Assembly (NCBI GenBank): GCA_002269645.1
Contig: NIVC01001762.1
Location: 176,404-240,403 of the forward strand
Direction: 5' to 3'
DNA length: 64,000 nt
From: Macrostomum lignano
Lineage: Eukaryota
Below are positions 24,801-55,200 of this stretch, piece by piece; position 1 is the stretch's first letter; each line of letters begins with the position of its first letter. Below the pieces are notes generated by a model. The model had not been told where the DNA came from and did no database searches. It worked only from the letters and a program-made list of their open reading frames with translations. A program made the position numbers and the translations under genes.

Positions 24801-27800
24801 TATCCCATACCGCCCACGTCATCCCCCCAGTGTACGGAAACCTGGAGCAGGTGGAGCACCGCAGCCGATCCTCTTCGCAGGTGTCCCATGATGGCCATCC
24901 GGCGGCAGCGGCCCCGAGCCCTGCCCCGGCCCGCTCGGTGAGCGTCGCGCGGCCGCCGCCGCAGGCAGCGCGCCAGCAGCCCGCAGAAAGGCGGGTGTCC
25001 GATTCCGACCGGCCAGGCACTAGCAGCGGCGGCGGTGGCGGTGGCAGCAGCGGCAGTGCGATGATCCGGCCAGGGTACAAGCTATCCGGCGGACTCGGAA
25101 TGGACGGTGAGTTGCCTCGAATGTACATCTGCAGACTCGTGGGGGAGAGGGATTGAATGTACATCTGCAGACTCGTGAGGGAGAGGGATTGAATGTACAT
25201 TCAGACTCGTGAGGGAGAGGGATTGAATGTACATTCAGACTCGTGGGGGAGAGGGATTGAATGTACATCCAGACTCGTGAGGGAGAGGGATTGAATGTAC
25301 ATCCAGACTCGTGAGGGAGAGGGATTGAATGTACATCTGCAGACTCGTGGGGGAGAGGGATTGAATGTACATCCATAGACTCGTGGGGAGAGATTTAACA
25401 TACAGCCAATGAAATTAGAGCATAGTGATTGAATATGCATATTTAACGAAATTAAAGAAGCCAACAAATTTTAATATTGCGCACTCTGTTTGCATGGTCA
25501 TATCGATGACACAAACTGACGCAGATTAAAAATGAACTGCCGGCCCCGTCTGGTGCTTTCAGCCGCGTCAGCTTATTTCCAGAAGAAAGAAAGCGAGCAG
25601 CAAGCGAGGAAGCTCTCGAAGCAGCAGCAGAGGGTCAGCCAGACGCGTCAGCCGCCATCCCCACCTGCGCCGCAGCCACAGCAAGAAGAAGATGGTATGT
25701 CATGACATTTTTATCTCTGCTAGTGCATCTTCTAGATAGCTGATTGTTCAGTCGCGACTAATTGGGAACTTATTAGTTTATATATTATTGGTGGCATTTT
25801 AAGGTATTTTTCCTATATTTCTACTTTCAGTAGAGAATCAAGTAAAAATGCTTTATTACTAATTTTATAAATGTAATAATCTGCTATTCTTACTATAAGT
25901 AAGGAGAGTCAGATTGAATCAGGAAGAGTCAGATTGAATCAGGAAGAGTCAGACAGAATCAGGAAGAGTCAAATAAAATCAGGGAGAGTCAGACAGAATC
26001 AGGGAGAGTCAAATAAAATCAGGGAGAATCAGACAGAATCAGGGAGAGTCAAATAGAATCAGGGAGAGTCAGAGAGAGTCAAACAGAATCAGGGAGAGTC
26101 AAATAGAATCAGGGAGAGTCAGAGAGAGTCAGACAGAGTCAGGGAGAGTCAGACAGAATCAGAAAGAGTCAAACAGAATCAGGGAAAGTCAGACTGCATC
26201 AGGGAGAGTCAGGCAGAATCAGGGAGAGTCAAATAGAATCAGGGGGAGAGCCAGGGGAGATTTGAAAGGGGGTTAGCTGGGTCATACAGTCACAATGAGC
26301 TGTGTCCTAATGCTGTGCTTTTTTTCTGGAATTAACGTATTAAGAAAATTCTGTCTATTGTACAATACAATACAATATAGTTGGTTGTATTGCAGCTGAC
26401 AAGGCAGCCCAGTCTAGCATCTATATAAATATATGATGCATCATTAAGTTTTTCTACCCATAAAAGCTCGTCCTTCTCTACTCAACCCTGAGGCTGAGCT
26501 GTTGCCAAGAGCATCTGCACTCGAATTGCTGCAATCTCCCCATTTAGAAGATGAGAACCGCCAGCGCCAGCTGTACCGAATCGAGTCAGTTGACGAGGCC
26601 CTGGACGATGATACCGTGGACCGGCTGAACCGCCTCAACGAGCAGCGCATGATGGAGGAGCGCCAGCGGGAGCGGGAGGAGAGAGAGGCCGCCGCGGCGG
26701 CACAAGAAGCTGCCGCCGCCGAGCGGCAGGACGCTGGAGAGGACGATGAGGTTGACGAGAACCAGAGCCCCATCAAAGAGTTTTTCTACAGCCTGGTGCC
26801 TGTGGATCTGGAGGAGTTTCCTGAGATGACCTGGTACAATAAAGTCTACGAGATTATTAAGGTGCGAATGGCGATTCGAGTTGAAAGTAATTTAATATAC
26901 ATCTCTAGCCTCTGGGGAAGGAAGGAATTGAATGTATATCTCTAGCCTCTGGGGAAGGTAGGAATTGAATGTACATCTCTAGCCTCTGGGGAAGGAAGGA
27001 ATTGAATGTACATCTCTAGCCTCTGGGGAAGGAAGGAATTGAATGTACATCTCTAGCCTCTGGGGAAGGAAGGAATTGAATGTACATCTCTAGCCTCTGG
27101 GGAAGGAAGGAATTGAATGTACATCTCTAGCCTCTGGGGAAGGAAGGAATTGAATGTACATCTCTAGCCTCTGGGAAAAGAAGGAATGTTAAATGTACGC
27201 TCGTACAAGCTCACATCACAATTCAGCACGCGACTCGTCTCGATTCACGTCTCCCCAGGCGCCACTGCTGTTCCTTCTGCTGCTGTCCACCCCCTTCGTG
27301 GATTATGACCAGCCGCTAAACGGGTGGAGCCGCATTCTGAACTCCGTGCACTGCGCTATCGCTCCGGTCTTCATCGCCCTGGCATTCAAAGGTGAGCAGA
27401 GACACGGTGCACATTCAGTGACAAAAGCTACGGGTTAATTGAATAACAACGGTCTCACAATTGAATTGAAATTTATTGAGTCTATTTCTAGATAATCATT
27501 AAGACCCTTTTCTGTTCTATGATACATTCTAGCTGATCTACTATAGAATATTTGACATGTTAATTACAGATAATTAACTACAGGTAGATACGAGCCCTAC
27601 CTATCAATCTACATTATTTATATATCCGCTTTGCTTAGACATATCCATAGACACCCACATAGACATCCATGGACAACCACATAGATACCCATACATGTAG
27701 ATACCCACAGTCCCACATAGACACAAATAGACAATCCACATAGACACCCACATAGACACCTATAGACACCCATAGACAACCTATAGAAACCTATACACAC

Positions 27801-30162
27801 CCATAAAGATACCCATAGACAATCACAGACACCCATAGAAACCCACAGACACCCACAGAAACCCACAGACACCCACAGAAACCCACAGACACCCAGATAC
27901 CCACAGAAACCCACAGACACTAACATACACCCACAGACACCCACAGACACCCAGACACCCACAGAAACCCACAGACACCCACAGACATCCACAGAAACCC
28001 ACAGACACCCACAGAAACCCACAGACACCCACAGACACCCACAGACACCCACAGACACCCACAGACACCCACAGACACCCACAGACACCCACAGAAACCC
28101 ACAGAAACCCACAGAAACTCACAGACACCCACAGTACCCAAGCAGAGATCAACAACCCAGCCTTGTCTGACTGGTTTCCCCGCCCCCAATTCCCCCAGGC
28201 TATAACTGGATGATCCCATTCGAAGGCGGTGGCGGCTTCCCCATCGTGGTCATCGTGCTGATCGTTGGCATCGCCCTGGGCATCCTGGTCTACTTCACCT
28301 CGTCCGACTTTGAGCCGCCGAAATATCACGCAGCGTTCGCCTTCATCGGCTTCCTGACGGCCATCGTGTGGATCTACACGTTTGCCAACGAGGTCGTCAA
28401 CATCCTGGAGAGCGTCGGCTCCATCTTTCGGATCAGCAGCACCATTCTGGGGCTCACCGTGCTGGCCTGGGCGAACTCCATCGGAGGTGCGAGAGGGAGA
28501 GAGAGAAGGGGGGCCTCCGATGAATCGAGCTAGCGGATGAGAGTCAGATTAAATCAAAGACAGTCAGACAGACTCAGGGAGAGTCAGATAGACACAGGGA
28601 GAGTCAGACAGACTCAGGGAGAGTCAGACAGACTCAGGGAGAGTCAGATAGACTCAGGGAGAGTCAGATAGACTCAGGGAGAGTCAGATAGACAGGAAGA
28701 GTCAGATGGAATCAGGGAGAGCCAGACGGAATGAGCTGGGTCATACAGTCGCAATGAGCTGTGTCATACATTCGCAATGAGCTGGGTCATACAGTTGCAA
28801 TGAGCTGGATCATACAGTCACGATGAGCTGGGTCATACAGTTGCAATGAGCTGGGTCATACAGTCGCAATGATCTGGGTCATACAGTCGCAATGAGCTGG
28901 GTCATACAGTCGCAATGAGCTGGGTCATACAGTCGCAATGAGCTGGGTCATACAGTCGCAATGAGCTGGGTCATACAGTCGCAATGAGCTGGGTCATACA
29001 GTCGCAATGAGCTGAGTCATACAGTCGCAATGAGCTGGGTCAACAGCCGGAGCCGCCATCCCGCAGACGTGATCGCCAACACGGTGCTGGCCCGGCAGAA
29101 TTTCCCCCGCGTGGCCATCTCGGCCTGCTTCGGCGGCCCGCTGTTCAACTTGCTGCTGGGCGTCGGCATCCCCTTCACCATCAAACTGCTCAGCGACGGC
29201 ACCACAGAAATGCGGGTGAGTCAGTGGTGACTCCGACACACTGCCTCACCTTAGCTTGCCGCCATCGACTTACCCACTGACCCAGAGCCTCCCTCATTGA
29301 CTCAGAGCCTTTGTTGTTGACTCAGAGCCCCCTCGTTGACTCAGAGCCTCCCTCGTTGACTCAGAGCCTCTCTCATTGACTCAGAGCCTTTGTCATTGAC
29401 TCAGAGCCCCCTCGTTGACTCAGAGCCTCCCTCGTTGACTCAGAGCCTCCCTCGTTGACTCAGAGCCTCTCTCATTGACTCAGAGCCTTTGTCATTGACT
29501 CAGAGCCTCTCTCATTGACTCAGAGCCTTTGTCATTGACTCAGAGCCCCCTCGTTGACTCAGAGCCTCCCTCGTTGACTCAGAGCCTCCCTCGTTGACTC
29601 AGAGCCTCCCTCGTTGACTCAGAGCCTCCCTCGTTGACTCAGAGCCTCCCTCGTTGATTCAGAGCCTTTGTCATTGACTCAGAGCCTTTGTCATTGACTC
29701 AGAGCCTCCCTCGTTGACTCAGAGCCTCCCTCGTTGACTCAGAGCCTCCCTCGTTGACTCAGAGCCTCCCTCGTTGATTCAGAGCCTTTGTCATTGACTC
29801 AGAGCCTTTGTCATTGACTCAGAGCCTCCCTCGTTGACTCAGAGCCTCCCTCGTTGATTCAGAGCCTTTGTCATTGACTCAGAGCCTTTGTCATTGACTC
29901 AGAGCCTCCCTGATCATTAATTCAAATTAGGCTCCCCCACTCCTTGTCCATCGCCCCGCAGATCGAGGCTTCGGTGGTGCAGCTGCTGCTGGTGGTGTCG
30001 GTGACGGCTAGCCTGATTGTCTCCATGGTGTACCTGACCGTGATGCGGTTCAAGCTCGGCCGCGTCTACGGCATAATCCTGATTGTGCTGTACCTGGCCT
30101 TCCTGGTCGTCGCCCTGCTGGCTGAGACCGGCCAGCTGCCCCCTCTGATTGACAGAAATTGA
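18860..30162 (+). CDS. SLC8B1: NCLX/NCKX6-like cation:Ca2+ exchanger (CCX family)
   Basis: Exons ~18860-19020, 19619-19760, 20419-20471, 20562-20731 (alpha-1 repeat LSQNVAGVTLLALGNGAPDIFS), 21271-21569, 22625-22826, 24179-24442, 24830-25107, 25563-25694, ~26447-26861, 27260-27391, 28199-28487 (LGLTVLAWANSIG), 29068-29216 (DVIAN..AISACFGGPLFNLLLG, alpha-2 repeat), 29962-30162. The N-terminal Cys pattern and W..ILN..H motif match NCLX. Start codon not located. Confidence 0.88.
19080..19560. repeat. (TCAC)n microsatellite in exchanger intron
   Basis: About 120 units. Confidence 0.95.
19880..20400. repeat. 32-bp minisatellite (TCAGTCACTAATTCAGTCACTCGGTCACTCAC)n
   Basis: Tandem units ending ~20 nt before the acceptor at 20418. 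Confidence 0.9.
21660..22620. repeat. 12-bp minisatellite (CCATTCACCAAT)n
   Basis: Fills the intron; explains the HSPI/TNPF part of ORF 21294..22898. Confidence 0.95.
22880..24160. repeat. 23-bp minisatellite (TCACTGACAGGCTGATTGATAGG)n
   Basis: About 55 units filling the intron. Confidence 0.95.
25120..25400. repeat. 34-36-bp minisatellite with core GGATTGAATGTACATC
   Basis: Tandem units after the donor at ~25108. Confidence 0.85.
25900..26250. repeat. 20-bp minisatellite (AGAGTCAGACAGAATCAGGG)n
   Basis: Tandem degenerate units; same family at 28540-28730. Confidence 0.85.
26900..27185. repeat. 37-bp minisatellite (GAATGTACATCTCTAGCCTCTGGGGAAGGAAGGAATT)n
   Basis: About 7 units. Confidence 0.9.
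27640..28135. repeat. 10-bp minisatellite (ACCCACAGAM)n
   Basis: Tandem units with a degenerate 5' flank. Confidence 0.85.
28540..29040. repeat. 20-bp array followed by 23-bp (ATGAGCTGGGTCATACAGTCGCA)n array
   Basis: Two adjacent tandem arrays in one intron. Confidence 0.9.
29275..29910. repeat. 20-bp minisatellite (TGACTCAGAGCCTCCCTCGT)n
   Basis: About 31 units. Confidence 0.9.
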
Positions 30163-32856
30163 TGAAGACTGGCCGCCTTCATCAGCGAAGATTTTGAATA
30201 GCGATTGAAATCAGGTCAACATTTTCCACCGCACTCGTATCCATTAGCAGACAGCATACTATAAGTACTATGTATATATATCTGTGATATATATATCAAC
30301 CAGCAAGTTGTAAGTGTAAGCAACAAGGTACATCAAACTGAACTGGACCAACTCTGATTGGCTGGATCAATAACTGCATGTACAATTGTACACCCTACCT
30401 TGTGCAACGGAAAAGAACGCCTCTCAGTTAGATTCTGAGGGTAAATTCCTGGCTTTGTAACTCTGATTTGGCAAATTAAAACTCGTCAATAACTTTGGGC
30501 ACGAGCGTGATTTCGTTTGCTCCACAATTTGAATTTTTTTCGTCAGGCCCAAAACAGGTCACTGTTTCACTGCCATATAGAAGTTCTCTTCATTTTCTCC
30601 GTGCAAATTGTTAAAACTTGAGATTTAGATTGTTTTAAAAACTAAAAATGAACAAATTGAGCATAAAGCAACCAAGTGAGGCGAGGCTCAGGAAATTGCT
30701 ATAGTTATGCTTTGCTTTTTTGCCTATCTCCGGAAGCAACCTCCAGTACCCGTGTACCTTCGAATTCAGCAGATTCTGGACGACGACATTTTGAGCACGA
30801 AATTACCCATCTAAGCAACTTTTCAACCAACGCAATTTCACTTCGGACCGGCTGATAAAGTTAAATTAAAATTATTATAAAATAGCATCAAACTGCAAGC
30901 CACTCTACTCGTTTAGTAGTATTAGTAGTAGTGAAGTAGGCGACAAAAAATGCTAGGCCTAATATAAAATGCTAGTCGGGATGAGTTGGTTACGTACAAT
31001 AAATTGTCATTTTTATCACAACTCTGAGCAGCTGGTGCAGGCAACTGTTGAGCAAGCCAGTCAGTTAGCAACAAAAATTAGTAGCTTTATTATTAATAAT
31101 AGTTACTCATTTGGTGCGACATTTTTAGTTGCAAGACCTCTCGGATTACTAAGCTCGGGATTAAATAAAGTTAATAATCGACACTGGTCGAGTTTTTAAA
31201 AATCGTTTTGATTAAAACAGGAGCCAATGAAGGAAGATCCTCGTTAGCAAAGGTATTTGTTATTATAATATTGTGGATTGAAATATCATAAACATTCCGT
31301 TCTGGTTTAGCAAAATCGTCAATGAGAAACCCGACACAATTGCTGCGGTGCGGTTTTATAAAATTAGCAACGAATTGTTCAATCGGAAAAAACACGCATA
31401 GCAATTGCTACTACTGAGGTGAGTAGAGTGAGTTGGGGTTAAAACTAAATATAGTATCGGTTCGTGCAGCTACAGAGTTTGGGTGGGGTGTGACGTGCAG
31501 TGGCGAGGCCTGGCCTGTGCTCGCACTACTCACTAAATCTCACGAGTAGTAAGTGAGAGTTTACACACAGAAAGCAGTTGAAATTAGAAATTTTGCCAAA
31601 CAAATAAGGCTTTTGTTAATCTTTGCTTTCTTCAGAATTTCAGAAACAGAAAACAAAAAACCAGAGCAGATTACAATGGGGATTGGAAGCAGGCCTGTTA
31701 TTGTTATTGAGTTGAGCAACAAAGGAGCGGAGCCCATGCCCAGCTCCAGCTGATAAACACACGGTGGATGGGTCGCTATGTTACAGGGGACACAGGGTAG
31801 ATAGGCACTTAGTAAGTTCAGTCAGTCAGACGGTACTGTTATTTAATTATCTAATAAATAATTAATGAGATTCGTGAAGCTCGAATTAAAAGAATCGAAT
31901 TTTTACAAAGCGTACAATTAATTAAAAAGGGTTAAAAAGTACCAGCTTGGGCCCTAAGAGAAATTATGAATTGAGATTTCCAATCCGCAGTGCGCTACTA
32001 TTAGTAATTAGTAGATAAAAAGCAATTACGGAGCATTGTGTGTAGCGAAACTTTGGTAAGTCAGCAGTTCGATAAGAAAATTCTTGTTAAAATTATCACA
32101 GAGAGCACTGGAGTTTTAATAGATTCTTAAACTGTTTTGAAGTGCGACACCTAAAAAAACAAAAGAAAATAGTACTTAGGGTACTGTTAATTAGAAGTTC
32201 AAATTAAGGGATAAAATTGTGTTAATTTTGAGTTGATATTTAATTAAATAAAGCGCCAATTATAAGCAGAGCTGTCAGTAAAAAATGAGTTTAGTCAGTT
32301 GTTTAAAGTTAAAACCGCACAGGTTCTCCAGCCCCAGCAGCAGCAGCAGTGAGTGTTTGCAGTTGGTTAGCCGAAATCTTGAAGGATGAAGAACAATATG
32401 CTGTCGTTATAAACATTGCTGTTGGTTAATAATGGATGAAAATGAATTTAATCAGCTGGTCAGTAGCAGCGGCTCACACGGGGATGGATTAACAGCAAGC
32501 CGACCCGCTCTGTTCGAGTCTCGTTATTAATATATATAATAATTATAAATTAATTTCTTTAGTAACAATTAGCAACTGTTTATTATATTAATTCATAACG
32601 GCAGGCTTAAGTTAGTAAAACACAGCCGGTCCGCAGCAACAACCGAACTGGGGAAAGCTTTGGAAAGAATTTCATAGTTTCAAACTACTCTTATTTTTCT
32701 CCTAAGTAGTATCGGACGAACTTGAGACGGCTATCGATTGGAGACAGGCAGATTGAGCAGGTCGGCTTGCTGCGAGTCGCCCCGCTCACAGCTCTAAAAT
32801 TCAATGCCTAGCAAGAGATTAAGATTGAAGCGCAGTACCTCAGCTTGGCTGCACCT

Positions 32857-51615
<18,759 letters not shown>

Positions 51616-52224
51616 TACTCGAGTAAACTACTGGAAGAAACTAGTCTTATGACTAATTTGGTGTCATTTAGCTAGGTTCAAGCTAAAACTAAAAAAGCAG
51701 AAGTACAAAGCCGTCAAAGGAAACGTACTACAATACAACTCTGAAATGTATTTTTGTCTAGAATATCTATGCGATGCTGACTGTTAGTCAGGTTTAAAAA
51801 CTGGTGACTCTAATTTACAAGCGGCTGACCGTCAGGGTCATGATAGCATGAACGAATGAACGAAGCGTGGATATCATACAAAAAGTTGGGCTAAAACGTG
51901 TCTCATTCCAGGAATAAAGAAGTTGAAATTTAGCGCTTTCTAGCAATATTAGTAAAACACCGTCTGCAGTTAAACGATACGTTAATAAGCACATGATTTA
52001 AAATTCAAAGACATTGTTAACAACTATGTTATTGCATGGAATAATTCAACATAATTTCTTAACAATATTTAACTTTAATTTCTAAGCTTCTACGTGTCCG
52101 CGTAAAATTGAGCTTGGATTTAATAACAATTTCATGAATTGAAACTTGCTTTTTATTTTATTCCAACTCATCAATCAACCAAACCAACCTAATCGAACAT
52201 CGTTTGTCTTTCTTACAAACGAAA

Positions 52225-55200
52225 ATGGACAAGACACTTCTAATTGCCTACTTTCTGCTGATGCTTTCTGCCTCAAACTGCAGTGAGCAGGCGAAGAACT
52301 CAAAGGTTGTTAGGAAAGTGGATTTAACTACTCAAATCGTCAAAATCGAAACAGTTATTTCGTCTGAAAGTTTTGGCTCTACATACCTTTTTGCTGCCGA
52401 ACCTGGTTATGAGGACAACATGGCATTTATTGGTGCCTCTGTAAGCATTAAATTTCATTTTGAATTTTGAACAATAATGAACCCCAAAATTTATTAAATT
52501 TTTTACTTGAAATTCTCCAAATTTAATTATTCAGGATATTCCTATTAATAGTTTGTACTGTAAGTTCGTTTTAGGACTAAGACTTTTTTAGAAATAAATT
52601 AGCAAAGAGAAAATAAATTACAAATTTAGTGATAGATTAAAAATTAGTTCTATACAAGTATAAGAGTATACCCCTGATATATACCAATTTTTAATTTTAT
52701 TTCTTATTACCAATTTTTATTTATATTCAATTTTCTTTGAATTGATCTAAAGCAGTTTTTTAATCTTTGGCTTTGTTCAATTGATGATTTCCATTTATTT
52801 ATATTTATATTATTATATGGCGAAATCCAAAAATCAAGGGCAAATTTTTTGAAAATTCGTTTTTGTTGATTTGAAAGCAAAAAAGCTATAGAATTTATTT
52901 AAGTTTTAAAAAGTTAAAAACATCTTTAAAAGCACAAATTATTCACATATAGCCTTATTTTTTATAAAATGATTTGTTAAAATGGTAAATTTAATTACAA
53001 CCAAAACTGACTAGGCCTATAATAAAAATTATAGAAAAACTCTACTAATGTATTTAATAACTTCATGTATCTTATATTATTACATTCTATGATGCTACAA
53101 CATATTTAACATTCTTTTAAGGGTTTATTTGTTTATCACTTTGTTATTATTGATAACATACTGGCTCACTGGCTAACATTCAAATATATAAATATGGAGG
53201 ATTGTTCTCATGAAGTTATCACTGAGAAAAGCATAGAAAAATAGTCACCAATTTGAAAAGGCACAAATGTGAAAGATTGGAACTCTAATAGTAAATAAAC
53301 AAATGAGATAACACAATACTTTATTTTTTTAGGGTAATGGATTGAAATATAACAATAGAATTACTATTTCATTTTAGACCAAATCCGGTGAAGACAGCCC
53401 AGCTCTGCCAATCAAGCCTGTATCCAAGAATGGAAAGCAGTGAGTGTGCCCTGTAGATGCAGTGCTGAATTGCAGTTGAAATAACTCAAAGCTGTTCCTA
53501 TTGACTTGCACGCCACTCGCCCCAACCTCTACCAGGCTGTACGAAATCTCCATCGGGTCGCGGCCCTCCAGCCTGGTGGTGACGGCCTACTACACGCACA
53601 AGCTCGCGCCCTACCCCAGCGAGATCACCCAGTCAGAGAGGCAGTACCTGCGCTTCACTGGCAATGCCAATTTCTACTCGCCCTACCCCAGCGACTCTGT
53701 TGAGACTCAGATTCGTACGGCCAATCCGAACATCCTGGATTTCACCAACCTGCAGCCGGTGAACAAGCAGGAGTCCACCATCACCTACGGCCCCTTCGCT
53801 AACGTGCCCGCCTTCACCCAGCAGGAGGTGCGAATCTCTATCATTCATTCCATTCACTTATCGCTTGCAATCGCCTACTTAAAAAAGTAGCAAGAATAGG
53901 GTATGAAGGCTTTAATATTATAATATCCATGGCTCACGAGGGCCGCAGGCTGTGCAGTTCACGGCACTGGTCACTGGGGTCGGCACACTCCGGCCCGCGA
54001 AGCCTCTCTATCTGGGCCTCGGGTCCTTTGAAATCCACAATAGCAATCCGGCCCGCTCAAGATTTGTGTCAGAATCTCAGCTCATTTTTCTTTTCCTCCT
54101 CTTCTCTCATCTCTCACCTCTCTCTCACCTCTCTCCCCTTCTCTCACCTTTCCTCTCTCATCTCTCTGCCTTCCTCTCTCCTCTCCCCTCTCTTCTCTCA
54201 CCTCTCCTCACCTCTCTTCTCTCATCTCTCTCCCCTCCTCTCTCTCATCTCTCCTCTCTCTCACCTCTCTCCCCTCTCTCCCCTTCTCTCACCTTTCCTC
54301 TCTCATCTCTCTGCCCTCCTCTCTCCTCTCCCCTCTCTTCTCTCACCTCCCCTCTCATCTCTTCTCACCTCTCTTCTCTCATCTCTCTCCCCTCCTCTCT
54401 CTCATCTCTCCTCTCTCTCACCTCTCTCCCCTTCTCTCACCTTTCCTCTCTCATCTCTTCTCACCTCGCTTCTCTCATCTCTCTCCCCTCCCCTCTCTCA
54501 TCTCTCTCCTCTCTCTCTCATCTCTCTCCCCTCCCCTCTCTCATCTCTCTCCTCTCTCTCTCATCTCTCTACCCTCCTCTCTCCCATCTCTCTGCTCTCC
54601 TCTCTCTCCTCTCTCCTCTCACCTCTCCTCTCATCTCTTCTCACCTCTCATCTCTCATCTCATCCCTCCTCTCTTATCTCCTCTCATCTCCTTGATCTCT
54701 ACCTTTTCTCTTCTCTCTTCTCTCATCTGGCCCGCAGTCATGCGCTAGATTCTTTATCTGACCCTTAATTTTTAAAAAGTTTCCCGACCCTGCTCGGCTA
54801 GTTAACGCAATCGACAGCATTGATTGCCGCCACACCCCATTTGCAGGTGAGCGTTCACTACGAGAACAACGCTCCATTCCTCACGGTCGTCGACATGCTG
54901 CGCCATGTCGAGGTGTCCCACTGGGGCAACGTTGCTATTGAAGAGAAAATCCACGTTGTCCACTCCGGCGCCAAGCTCAAGGGCAGCTTCTCCCGCTACG
55001 AGTATCAGCGCAAGAACGATGGCGTGTCCAGCGTCCGAGCCTACAAGACCGTGCTGCCGGCCGCCGCCAAGGACGTGTACTACCGCGACGACATCGGCAA
55101 CATCAGTACGTCCAATCTGCGCGAGCTGATCGACTCCGTTGAGATCGAACTGCGGCCCAGGTTCCCACTGTTCGGCGGCTGGAACACCGACTACATCATC

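Noticed and set aside
53929-54768. Ser/Leu/Pro-rich ORFs inside RPN1
   Set aside because: CT-rich intronic low-complexity tract.
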